From assembly GCF_036971445.1 (NCBI RefSeq), contig NC_091477.1, positions 97,030,001-97,094,000 of the forward strand: DNA of 64,000 nucleotides, written 5' to 3'. This stretch comes from Narcine bancroftii. Lineage: Eukaryota. The notes beneath the pieces are model-generated. The model ran no database searches and was not told the DNA's origin. It saw nothing but the letters and a program-made list of their open reading frames with translations. Both the position numbers and the translations under genes were made by a program. Below, in pieces: positions 36,093 through 48,193 of the stretch (within the stretch, counting starts at the first letter, position 1; each line of letters starts with the position of its first letter).

Positions 36093-37329
36093 TGTCTAGT
36101 GCAAGAGCATGCTAGAGATACCAGCATGTCAGGCAGTGCCTTTGGAGAAAAACATTGAGCTACTTTCATTGGAATCGTGATCAATTAAATCTGAGTTTCA
36201 GTGTAGGGAACAAAAGAAATGGTGGTGTGAGTGGAACAAATGGGCAAGTTTGTGAGAGTGGAGGTGGATACAATTACAACATTGAGAAAAAAATGTGGAC
36301 ATGTACATTGTTAGAAATACTTAGAGGGATATGGGTCAAACAGAGGAAAAATGGATTAGCATGGAAGATTGGGCAAATGGCCTGTTTTTGAGCTGTAATA
36401 TTCTGTGAATCTATGTGGTTGTGGTGCTGGCTGAGAGAGAGATCTGTATGAGATATAATAGGAGCTGAATGAATGCAGAGGAGAGGGAGAACAGTAAGCT
36501 ACAAAATCTCAATCAATGTGCTGTTAAACACAGCCTGCTTTCTAAATTGCACAAAGCACGTTGCTCACTTTCTGAGTGGTACACAACACCCAAACATACT
36601 GGCTTTCAGCTCTTGTGCTGACCTGATTTCTCTGATTTTCATTTCAGATTTCCAGCATTAAAAAAAATGTCATCTGATTCAAATCAGTGAAGAAATGCGT
36701 CTTGTTTACTTTGGTTTTAGTGGAAGTTGTGCATGAGAGTAGTTCGGTTGAATTATTTGATTTTAAATATTGTATATGGTATTCCAATTATTTGTCAAAC
36801 TCCTCTGAATATCTGTACTTCCCCGATTTATATTCTGTTTAAACTACAGGAGTCTGAGGGCGGCCTTTATGTGTGCATGAATACTTTCCTTGGTTTTGGA
36901 AGGGAACACGTGGAGAGGCATTATCGCAAAACGGGACAATGTGTCTACATGCATCTAAAACGAACCATAAAAGAGGTAAGAATGATGCCTGTGATGGTAT
37001 AAGAAGTTTAAAAGTAACCTCACTTCATTCACCTATATTTCAAATGATTGTAAAATGTTAACATTGGAAAAATATGATCCTAACTTGTATTTTGCAAATT
37101 ATTGCAATGATGAGTATGATTTATGTTTCTGTTGCACATTAGATTCATACTCTCTCAAACTTGCCCGTTTGTTCCACTCACACCACCACCAACATATCTT
37201 TTGTTCCCTACACTGAAACTCTGAGATTTAATTTATCACAATTCCAATGCAAGTAAAAGTAGCTCAATGTCTTTCTCCAAAGGCACTGCCTGACATGTTG
37301 GTATCTCTGGCACACTCTTGCACTAGACA
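36093..37329. repeat. Long inverted repeat (arms 36093-36259 and 37149-37329) around USP13 exon 2
   Basis: The reverse complement of the right arm matches the left arm over its length, with small indels. Confidence 0.92.
36850..36975 (+). CDS. USP13: USP13 exon 2
   Basis: [42 protein letters not shown]; 126 nt, phase 0-0. Confidence 0.97.
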
Positions 37330-37540
37330 TCTTACATTCATAATACTTGAATCTCTGTTGATCCAAAGTCGAATAAGCTAAGGTGTAACCTTTAAGTTAG
37401 CTTGATTTGTTTTGAAATTTTTTGAATTTAAGTGAACTTAAGTATGGAAAATTATGCATTGATATTTGCTTTAAATAGTAGGTAATCTCCATGGGCATAA
37501 TACCTTATTTTCTCTTTGAATATATTTTGATTCATTCAGT

Positions 37541-37800
37541 AGATTTCAGATTTATTGTTAGAGCACATACATGACATCACATACAATCAACCCTGAAAAT
37601 CTTTATGCTGCAGGCCAGGCAGAATGACTACATATCGGTAGGGCCAAAAAAAAACTGTACACAGTGTACAAATGTAAACAATGGTCTGTGCAATACAGAG
37701 AGGAGAAAAAAATACACAAATAAGATGCAAAAGTAAGTGTTTGTTGTTGGGAAGTCTGATGATGGAGGGGAAGCAGCTGTTCCTGATCCTGGTGGCAGAC
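37541..37800 (-). mobile_element. Rex1-like 3' tail
   Basis: Minus strand ATRIRNSCFPSIIRL, then AATAAATCTGAA. Confidence 0.7.
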
Positions 37801-37832
37801 ATTTAAAAAAAAATTAACAATGGCATTTATCA

Positions 37833-39430
37833 ATTTCTTTCTTTTTCAATATTTTTATTAACATCAAAAATACAGAGTACATAAGGATATATGATAAAAG
37901 TCAGAAAGATACATTGCACTTAAATCATATAATTTCATCCAATGTACCCCACATTTTTAATCAAACATTGCTTAGTATTAATATTTGATTATTATAAAAA
38001 AGAAAATCTAAACCCACTAGCAAGAAAGATGATATTTAGCCAGAAAAAAAGACAGAATTCTTATCAGAGTTATAAATTACCTCATTAGTTGACACTTCTA
38101 CCTTCTTATCAAATCAAAAATTATGAAAGTAATTCAAAAAGGGTCCCCACATTGTTTGAAAATTTGAATTCAAGTCGGAAATTGAGCATCTCATCTGCAG
38201 CATTGTCCCTCCATCTGAGCAACACTGCCTGCCAAGCCATGAGAAATAAAAGCTAATACATGCAGAACAGATACTAACCTTCCTTTTAAAATTGTTAGAA
38301 ATCTATTTACCTATTTGGATGTAACAATTACTAAAAATTATAAAAACCTATTCAAAGAAAATGTTCGTACAGGTACCTTAATCAAACACGTGAAAGGGGT
38401 ATTATCAAATTGGTTACCCCTTTCTTTATCATTGATTGGTCGAATTAACTCTATTAAAATGAGTATATTACCTAAATTTTTAACCTTTTTCAAGCTTTGC
38501 CTATATTGTATTCCTAAGTCTTTTTTTGATTCCCTTGATTCAGTCTTATCTTCTAATATATGGAAGAATAAACATCCTCACCTAAATAAAGTCCATTTAC
38601 AACAACTTAAAAAGAATGAAGATTTTAGGTTTTATTATTGGGCAGTCAACATACAAAATTTTTCATTTTGGTTATATTAACCATGAAGACTGTCCAATAT
38701 GGGTCTTTGGAATATAATTCTGTTATAAAATTTTTTTCTTATTTCTCTTCTAGGATCTTCACTTCCTATATCTTTAAATAAATTAACTAATAATCTGGTG
38801 GTTAAACATATTTTGAGGATCTGAATACAATTTAGAAAACATTTTGGTTTAATGAGATTTTCTCTCTCTCGTCCTATTTTTTTCTAATTATTTTTTTCAA
38901 CCTTCCATGACTGTAACTTCTACAGCTGTGGTTCTCAACCTTTTTCTTTCCACCCACATACCACTTTAAGTATTCCCTATGCCTTAGGTGCTCTATGATT
39001 AGTACGTGATTGCTTAACGTGGTATGTGGGTGGAAAGAAAAAGGTTGAAAACCACTGTTTTGATCATACCTAATTGACTCATTATGTGCACGGTTTCATA
39101 ACTCCAAAGGAAATGGGCCAATGACAATTTTTCTCAAGCAAAATATTTCAGTAACGGTTGGGTCTAGAGCAGTGATTCTCAACCTTCCCTTCCCATTCAC
39201 ATACCACCTTAAGCAATTCCTTACTAATCACAGAGCACCGATGGCATAGGGATAACTTAAAGTGGTATGCGAGTGGAAAGAAAAAGGTTGAGGACCACTG
39301 TTTTAAAGAATGGTATAGATTTGGCATTAAATGTTATAAAGATTTATTTGTTGAGGCGAGTCTCACTTCTTTTGAACAACTTTCAGTTAAATACTGTATA
39401 CCAAATACTAATTTTTTTTGTTATCAACAG
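37833..39430. mobile_element. Rearranged L1/Tx1-clade LINE: 3' end on minus (37833-38195), ORF2 piece on plus (38280-39430)
   Basis: LSLIGRINSIKMSILPKF and FRFYYWA on plus; FQTMWGPFLNYF plus an A-rich tail on minus. Confidence 0.7.
38927..39300. mobile_element. hAT/Charlie-like MITE made of palindromic units; partial copy at ~44530-44622
   Basis: TGTGGTTCTCAACCTTTTTCTTTCCAC..ATACCAC ... GTGGTATG..GTGGAAAGAAAAAGGTTGA..ACCACTG occurs twice. Confidence 0.75.
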
Positions 39431-41187
39431 ATTATTCAATATAGTAAATTTTAAGATGCCATTGAAGAGTATCTGCGCAAATCTAATGGAAAAGAACCTT
39501 ATAGGATGCTGTGATGCTTTATCACTGATACAATATAATATTGTGGAGGGTGTTTTTGGTTCATCCAAAGTTCAGTCCAATGTAACTGAATTGAAGGAGC
39601 AAAGTTATACCTATATTATGTCCAACCACTATTATATTATGTCCGACCACTGTTATATTATGTTTAATACATGCAGCGAAAGCATTTCTATCAGGTTTTC
39701 GTAAAGTACCAGTGAATCCATATTTACTGTAATTAAAATTAAATGATACAATACTGCAGTATGGATAGAAATTCAACATAAAAGTCTTAGCTTGCAATTG
39801 TGAGACATTCAGATATAGTCATGGTGCCAATCAGAAATTTTCAGCTGAAATATTCATTATGGCAATCTGGTTTAACAGAATGAAGCATGTGACAGTGATG
39901 TGGACTTCAACTGCTTCTGATTTGGGCAGCAGACTATTTTCTTGTTGCTTGATAATTAATATAATTTGTAGTGTGCACCTGAAAGTAATGGTGCTGTTGA
40001 ATGGGACAAGACTCAGCTGGTGTCAATATTTTGTTGCCAGTTCTTTTCAGTTATCACTAATGCCAACTGCTGGACCAGTGCACTTTCTCACTTCTGTGAT
40101 TTAAAAGTGGTATCTTGTAAAAGACTTGCATTGTAGCTGAAAGAGTTGGCAAAAGTTGTGAAATTTCATTGGGGCAAAGAAAAAAAGTAAAACACAATGA
40201 TAAAGCCAAGGTAAGACGCTACTGGAAGAGGCAAGGAGGAGAAAGATACTCTCTCCATCATTTTCCCTCTCTGCTCTAACTCTGACTGACTTGTATTTCA
40301 AGATTCAATTTATTGTCCTAGTAATAAATCAGTGTCATATTACATGAAATTTCTTTTTGCCTGCTGTAAGGCAGACCGATTCACCACAGGCAGGAATTGC
40401 CTAAGCGCCTCCTACAGTCAGACTTGCAGTCAGACTTAGAGGCAGAGAAGTCCCCTCAGAGTCACCGAGTTCCGTAGATTCACCTCCAGTGCTTCTCCGG
40501 TCCCCGTAGCCATTGGCAACCTGAGCTCCAGATCTGAGCCTCTGACATGGTCAGAGGGAGAGGCTCCCTCGGCATCTCCTTGAATCCCGGATATGATACC
40601 TGGTACCCCTGCAGCCAGTTCGAGCCAGTCTCCAGCAGCCCACAAGCTTCCATGGGTTCCTCACCTTGAGTTGCTAGCAGCTCACCACATGTGCTGGTCC
40701 CTCAGCCGCAGAGCCCCCTCACTGGTCCATCATCATGGTCACCAGCCTTGTGGGTCATCTTCTCCGCTTCTCCCTCTCAGATGGTGCATGATCTTTCCGT
40801 CCTCCTGTGCCCTGCTCCAGTCCTCTGCTTCCCCAGAGTCTGCAGCCCCTCGTGGCTGCTACCGATTAATAGGGTGCAGACCTGTGGTCGTGGAATTTCG
40901 ACTAAAACCACCATCGGCTCCCTTAACAGACCATTCAAAGCCCTTGTGGAGCTGTCCACTGGGCAGCTGGACCCAACAGGAGTGCTGCATCTCCGCTCCT
41001 TCGCTCTCTGCAGATCCGTACCAGCAGCAAGAATCAATGGAGATGGAAAAGCACGGTAGGGCATTTTGCTTCCTACCCATCCTCTTCCCTCTCCATAACT
41101 GTCCCGCATGGCTTTTTCCCTTTCAGAAACCTATGAACTACAGTTGGTCAGGTTAAGGTGGAGCAACTACCACACTGAAAATGCTAC

Positions 41188-41421
41188 TGGGGTGAAACCA
41201 CTATATTATATATCTGCCATATGTAAATGTCATGACTTTTCCTGGTTGACCCTGCTCCCTCTGGCTGGCTGATGACTCCTCCCCCTTTCTTCCCCACAAG
41301 CCTGCCCCCAGTTCGAGACCAGGTCAGTGTGAGTGATCAACACAGGGATGCTGTCCATCTCTTGTAAATAAAAGCCTTCAATCTTGACAACTTCAGTCTT
41401 TGTGTAATTGATCGTACTTCA
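41188..41421 (+). mobile_element. Solo LTR (234 bp)
   Basis: TGGGGTG...ACTTCA termini; perfect 5-bp TSD GCTAC; internal AATAAA. Confidence 0.85.
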
Positions 41422-43019
41422 GCTACCATAGGAAAATGCTACCTTGTGAATAGTGCAGTGTTGGAGGTTGGGCTCTTTGGAAGCATTGTCAGAGGTGCCT
41501 ACTGTCAGGTTGAGTGGAGGGGATGAGCAGAGGAGGCAGAGATGGTATCTGATGCGACGAATGCTGCTTAGCCTTGTCGGGCTCAGAGGTCGGGACAGAC
41601 ATGCCTAGGCCTCATGGACAAATAGAGGATTTGAGGCCGTGAAGTCTGGGCCTCATGGGAAGGATGGTGCTGGAGGGCTGGGGCTGTGTGAACTTATGAT
41701 TGGCTGGTAGTTGGTTTCCCTGCCTCTGGTGAACTTTACACCTGTGAAATGGTTGGTAAGCTGACCTGTTGAAGGTGGTGCAAGCAAAGCCTGCAGTGGC
41801 CCCTCAGGTTTGGAGAATGTTCTTCTTCACCCATAACTGGCGGAGATTTTATAACAACATCTAGCTGTAACCTTGTACCATTGTCTGGTTTCTGAAAATT
41901 AACTGTTTGTTAGGCAGTTTTTGTAGCAAGACGGGGACATTTTCTCATTTTTAATGCTGTATGGTGTTAATTGCAACAAAATAAATGATTCCTGATATCA
42001 TCTGTGCTGAAAACTGGTGTGACACTGTATTGAAAGACATGCAAGTGGAAGGCAGATGTTCAGGTTTAAGGCAGAAGCTAAAGTGAAGCACAAGGATGAT
42101 TGGTTGACTCGGGATCAGGATTGACTTCATTCTGTTCCAGTTCTGAGTGGATGATGCTTTCATGTGAATCCTTTTAAATGTGGGGTGTCCAGTGTACATC
42201 AGCATCCTCATGGCCTCGATGCAATATGGAGGCCCAGGTCTATTCGGCTGGGAATGTGAATGGAATAACTGTAAAAGGTGGAAATCTGAAATAAAGTCAG
42301 TTGTAGGAAACTTTCTTGCATTGAGCAGCGTCAATCTTTCATGTTGGAGACCTATTGTTGAACATTCTGTTTCCAACATTATCAGTTTTTGTTATTTATT
42401 CAACCAGGAAGAGTTTCACTGAGAAAATTGATTTGAAGTGTTCATTTTTTTAGAGATTTATTTAATCTTGCTTCGTTTAATGTAGATGGAAATAAAGATG
42501 GAAAAAGTAAAATTTACCACGTGTTTGATTTTTAAAAGACATAATTTACTCTTGTCTAACACAATTTGCATGTCATAGCAGGTTGTGGCCAGTGGGATAT
42601 CTCTGAAGTGTGCTCCCTTGCAATAGCCGCAGCCAGCCTGTGCTCGGCAAAATCTCACTTGGGTGATGACCATGTGCTCTGTTTTTACTGCTGTGATTGA
42701 GGAATGAATTGATATAAATAAAAATGTTGACCATAATACTGCAAGAATACCACTGCCCTTCTTTGGAGGGTGTCATGGTATATTTTTTTCCTTCTGAGAA
42801 GATGAATCAATTGAAGTATGATTTCTCTGACAGTACAGTACCTCCTTGCTAATGCAGAGAAATATCATCCTAGCTCGAGGCTTGTGTGTAACATGAGTGT
42901 TCTGTCTAGGTTGGCACTTCCGTCTGGCGTTGAGCCAGTGCTGTTGTCTGAGCCCCCATAACTCACTTTCAAGAGGAAGATCACCAAAATTCATACTAAC
43001 TTTGTTCGTTACTGTATAC

Positions 43020-43515
43020 TGTTCTGGCTGCCCCTTTACAAGAAGGATGTGGAGGCTTTGGAAAAGAAACAGAAGAGGTTTACTAGGATGCTGCCTGATT
43101 TAGAGGGTATGAGTTGTGGGGAGAGATTGGACAAACATGGGTTGTTTTCTCTGGCACCTAGGAGGCTGAGGGGAAACCTGACAGAGGTGTACAAATCATG
43201 ACAAGGATGGACAGTCATAACTTTTTATCGAGGGCAAAAACATCACATACTAGAAGATATGGTTTAAGATGAGGGAAGAGGACATTTAAGGGTGATATGT
43301 GGGGCCAATATTTTACACAGAGCATGGCAGGTGCCTGGAATGGGTTACCAGGAGTAGTGGTGGAAGCAGATAAGAGGCTTTTAGATACACACACAAATAT
43401 GAAGGAGATGGAGAAATTTATACCAGGTGTAAGCAGGAAATTCTTAGTTTGATTTGTTCAGCATAGACATGTGGGCTGAAGGGCCTGTTCCCGTTATGTA
43501 CTATTCTATGATCTA
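43020..43515 (+). mobile_element. CR1 3' fragment
   Basis: KDVEALEKKQKRFTRMLP, ERLDKHGLFSL..RRLRGNLTEVYK; GGGCTGAAGGGCCTGTT tail. Confidence 0.8.
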
Positions 43516-45700
43516 CGGCCAAACTTTTGTTCTACTTAAGGTTTACTGAAGAATGATGTGTGGGGGCAAGGAGAGAGCGCTGTGTATGTAGGTCGGACTC
43601 TGCTAGAGAACTATTTTATTCATATAAATTTTTACCTTAAGATCTGATCTGTGGCCCTAATCTTCACAGCTCTTCCTTCCTATCTGGTTACTGAAGGGAA
43701 GATTTTTGGAAAGGATGTTTTGCACATATGAATTCAAGACTACTTTACTGTTTTTCAGGGAAAGCAAGCAGGTGGTGATCTTATTGGTAGGAAATTAATT
43801 TGGAGAGCCTCTGATCAGTCAGAAAAAATTGAATCAATGATTTTGGAGAAGTTAGAAATTAAACTTGTTCAAGTTGCAGAGGAAGAGGAGGAAGGGTAAT
43901 GAGAATGAAAGACAAAATTTGTGATAAGTGGGGGACTAGGATTGAATGTCCTGAAAGAGGCGAGGCTGGCAGAGAGAGTGGTAGAGATGAATGTCAAATG
44001 GAGTAAGGTCAGGAGAGTATCTGAATGCTGGAACATTACGAAGGACTGGAACAATTCAACAATTTCAGCTGCAGTCTTGATTCTGCAAAGCTACAATGTG
44101 CCTGGTTGTCAGATGAGATGCTGTTCTTTGAGCTTGTGTTGATCTTTGTTCGAATGATGCCCTCCAACAGCCACCTTCTCCCCCTGACTGAACCTGTTCT
44201 ATGTTGGAAAACTTCTGTAACTCCACTCACATAATACAAATAAAAATGGTTCGCTGATGGTGGGACGTATTGAGGGATATAGGAATAGGGCTGAACCATG
44301 TTGAGGCAAGAAGCTATGCCAGAATCTTGTTGAATGGTAACACAGATTTGAAGGGCTGAATGGCTTATTTCTGCTGCTTCTCATGTTCTGTGGCAACATT
44401 TATGGGCCCTATACCTGCCTATCCCTTTGAAAATGTATAGAATAGTCTGAATGACTTCACGATGGCAGTTTTGGGTCTGCTGCCAGCTAATTTTACAGAA
44501 TGTGCAAATTTTAACTCCTTTGTTGCCAACTTCTTTCCTATACCACCTTAAGCAATCACTGAGCACCTAAGGGAATACTTAAAGTGGTATGTGAGTGGAA
44601 AGAAAAAGGTTGAGAATCACTGTTTTAGAAGGAATGAAAGGGATGGCAGGAAAAGCAGGTCTAAGGTAAATGGTGCTGCTTAGTTGAAAGCAACAATTAA
44701 AGTTTAAAGTTCTTAAGTAGGAACATCAAGCAACAAGGCTATTCTAAATCTGCACAACATTTCAGCTGGGTTGTAGTTGTAATAATTTTGCTGGTTTTGT
44801 GGTCACTACTTTTAAGACGAACACCTGAAAGAGGTTATGGGATGGAATTCTTGGGGACTAACAGACATGGCCACCAGTGGTGGAGCAGAGATAAGAATGT
44901 GAGATTGTATGAATGCCACAGATAAGAAGGGGCAAGACCAATCTCTGGTCTTGTTTGAGGGATTTGAAAACTTGGATGAGACTATTCAAATCACTGAATT
45001 GCTTAACTAAAAGCCGTTGTCCATGAGCAAGAGCTGGGGTTTATGTTTAAAGTGAGAACACACAAAAGCTTGGTGTAAATGATGGAAAAAGCACACTACC
45101 TCACAAATCACCCACCTACCTGACCGATCTGTGGTGGAATCTGCAGTTCCCATATTGGCTTCATCAGTTGGCTCAGAATCCAGTGAAATAAAAGTGTCTT
45201 GGAGGAAAATTGAGGAATAGCCCTTAATCTGAGCTAAAGTGCAGGCAAGTTTTTGGATGAGCAAGCGGATAGGAAAAAAGAACGAGGAGGATTGTCTAGT
45301 CAAATCTTGAGGAAGTAAAAAGCACAAATAGGCTTTCAATTATGAGTGCGGTGAAGATTCCAGGATGTTACAGAGGTGAACTTAGTGATGGTGTAGATGA
45401 GAATTGTTATTGGCAAGTGTTGAAGTATGTTGAAGAATGGATACTGTGTCATACAACTCCAGAATTGTATCTGATATTTATCTGCAATATTCTTTGGAAA
45501 TAAATACTTTGTTACTTTGTGTTGCTTCAGTCTAGACAAATACCCAAGTATTTAGAATCTTAATTAAAATGAAATCTAGTGTCATTCAGTTTTAACTGTC
45601 AATCTTTTGTATTGTTAAGTACTGAAAATGGTGCAGAAAAAAATGCATTTGTAAAGTTGACATAGACCAAAAATTTTTTTTCCTTGAATTCAAATTACAG

Positions 45701-45761
45701 AAGGCCACAGGAGCTTCTGGTGGAGTACTTCCAAAGAGGAGATCCCCTCGGATATTTCTTG
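45701..45761 (+). CDS. USP13: USP13 exon 3
   Basis: KATGASGGVLPKRRSPRIFL(D); TTACAG acceptor, GTAAGC donor; 61 nt. Confidence 0.93.
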
Positions 45762-48157
45762 GTAAGCAGCTGCTAACTCAATTCCTGCATATTGCTTTAG
45801 AGCATTCATTTTAAAAGCATTTAAAAAAAACATTTGAATTAGTTTTCAATCTTTATACAGTGTTCTATCCCTGTCTCTTCTTAAATCTATCTCTAAAAGT
45901 ACTGATCTTTACATTGCTCCCAAGAAGAGGTCAAATGATGGACACGTTTCTTTTCAGTCCTAGATCCTTGGAGAAAGAGCTCAATCCTTGTTTGGCAGAT
46001 TTTCAGTCCCAAACCTGTTGCAAAGCCTTAGCACATTGGATATTCTTTTCAAAACCAATAATGTTCTCTTATGGACTTATTTCTCCAATATCTACAGAAG
46101 TTAAATATTGGCCATATCTCCAGGGAAAATAGTTTTTGATGAAAATGAAGAATTATTTGGATGACAGTAGGAAAAAAAGATCATGTCTAACCAGATTTGT
46201 GTAACTGAGCCATGAATCAAAACCTCTGTTGCAAATTGTAACTTATTTTGTCTTTCATGAAACTTGCAAGCACATTGAGCCTCTCTGACATGAAACCCAA
46301 AAATTTTTCCTTTGCTGGGTGCAAGTTTGATGTGGATTCCATTCTTCCTATATGAAGTTCCAGAAGAGGAAAATTCAGTATATGTGGCATACCCATCCAT
46401 TGTTAAATTTGGCTGCTTTCAAGTACTTCTTTTCCAAAAGTGAGTATCAGAGATCATCCTGCAATCTCTGGTTTCTTCAATGCATCAACAAAATCTCCTT
46501 AAACATCTCTCCTTTTTCCCCATAATATCCAAAATCAAGTGGGAGGAGCTCATAGATTTCTTATTAAAGTTACAACCACCCAGTCTCCATCCCTTTTCTA
46601 GCAAACCCAATTCCTCTTTACTCCCAGCCTTGTACTTCTGTCTTCTGTTTTGTCTTCTGTCTCTTCTGTTTCCTTGAATCCATTTATATTGTCTGCCTAT
46701 TGCTCTCTTTATTTCCAGTATTAACGGTGCACAGGATAAATGCTGAGAAACTGATTATTGCTGGATAGAGAGTCTAGTGCTAATTACATGACATTAGGGC
46801 ACAATTTGAACTATTTAGGATTGAGATGAGGTGAATTTTTTCTTTTACGCTATTTTGTACGATAGAAGAATCAACATTGGGCTCAAATGGTTGTGAATCG
46901 TTGAAATTCTCTACCTATTTGAGCTCAACATTGAGGATATTCAAATCTGAAAAAGATAGATTAGAAGTTAAGACTATAGCTTTTTTTGGGATAATGTGGA
47001 AATGTTGAGGTTTAACAGTATTGAATGATGAAGCAAGCTTGAGGCCCTCTCTTCATTTGATCCATCACCTCAGCTGGCTGCTTTCAGACATTTTGTACCC
47101 AAAATTGCTGATTACACAAGATTGCCTCTTCTCACCATCTTCTTGCTTCATCTCCCAAGCATGAACTCCAAAAACAGTGTCAGAAACTCATCACTGTGCA
47201 ATGACCCATGCAGTCGCTATCCTTGCAAATGATCAACTTTTCTCCAAATCCTCCAAGGATTTTCACCTCATATCCTCAGCTAAAAGTTTCTATGAACTCA
47301 ACACTTTTTCTAATATTTAAATAAAATTGTTGAAGATGTTGTTAAGAATACTCTGAGGGTATAGAGTAGGTTCTGTGAAGATGATTCTCTTGGTAGGGGA
47401 GGCTAGAATTGAATGGTGAGAGGGAGCTGCATAGTTTTAGAATAATTGGTTTGACAATTAATAATGAGATGGGAAATTGTCCTTCAGAGTTTTATGATCA
47501 TTGGATTGCTCCATTCTGGAGAACAATGAATACTGAGCCATTAAATACAACAAGGGTGAGCTTGTGCATTGCATAATGCAATACAAGGTGAATCTGGAGG
47601 GAAAATGAGTTGTAGCCAATGGGCCAACCATGTTTAATCTTATTGGATGGTTGAGGATGCTCTTGGGATCATCTAGTTTTCTTATTCCTATGCTATTACA
47701 GGTTTGAATTTTGAATAAGGTATTCAAATCTTTACTTTCATTTTGCTTTACTTGTGTCATCTATAGCAAATATAGATTATTTATGCAGTTAAAATATTAA
47801 ATCAGGCCCAACAAATTTAATGTTAATAAAATAAATGATGAAAATATGATTCCACTCATAGCAACAAATCCTTTTCACCATATGGTTTCCATCCCAGTTT
47901 TAAAGGGAGCAGATGAGAACTTTACAAATATCAAATTTTCAAACTTTATTGGATTTATTTCAATTAGAAAAACTACATGTTACTTTTGCCATTGAAGGTG
48001 GGGAAAGGAAATTGAGGAATTGCATTTGATGCTGGGAAAAGATGGTAGTTTATCATTAAGGATACTCTGATACATTGTATCATCTGTTGATACATGGGCA
48101 TGCCTGAGAAACCTAATGAAACACTTCATAAGAGATGAGTGTGGAATGTCCAATGGC

Positions 48158-48193
48158 ATCGCTTCTCGACCTTTTTGCTAAGATCAAGTGTAG
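48158..48193 (+). pseudogene. 3'-truncated U2 snRNA retropseudogene (nt 1-36)
   Basis: ATCGCTTCTCGaCCTTTTtGCTAAGATCAAGTGTAG matches the U2 5' end with 2 mismatches; flanked by GAAT(G/A)TCCAATGGC direct repeats. Confidence 0.9.

Noticed and set aside
40300-41156. 187-aa ORF in a GC-rich stretch
   Set aside because: Lies in a repeat-like element with an AATAAATTGAATCTTGA tail on minus; no domain or splice support
42430-42780. Non-repetitive intronic stretch that could be a conserved element
   Set aside because: Conservation cannot be judged without alignments
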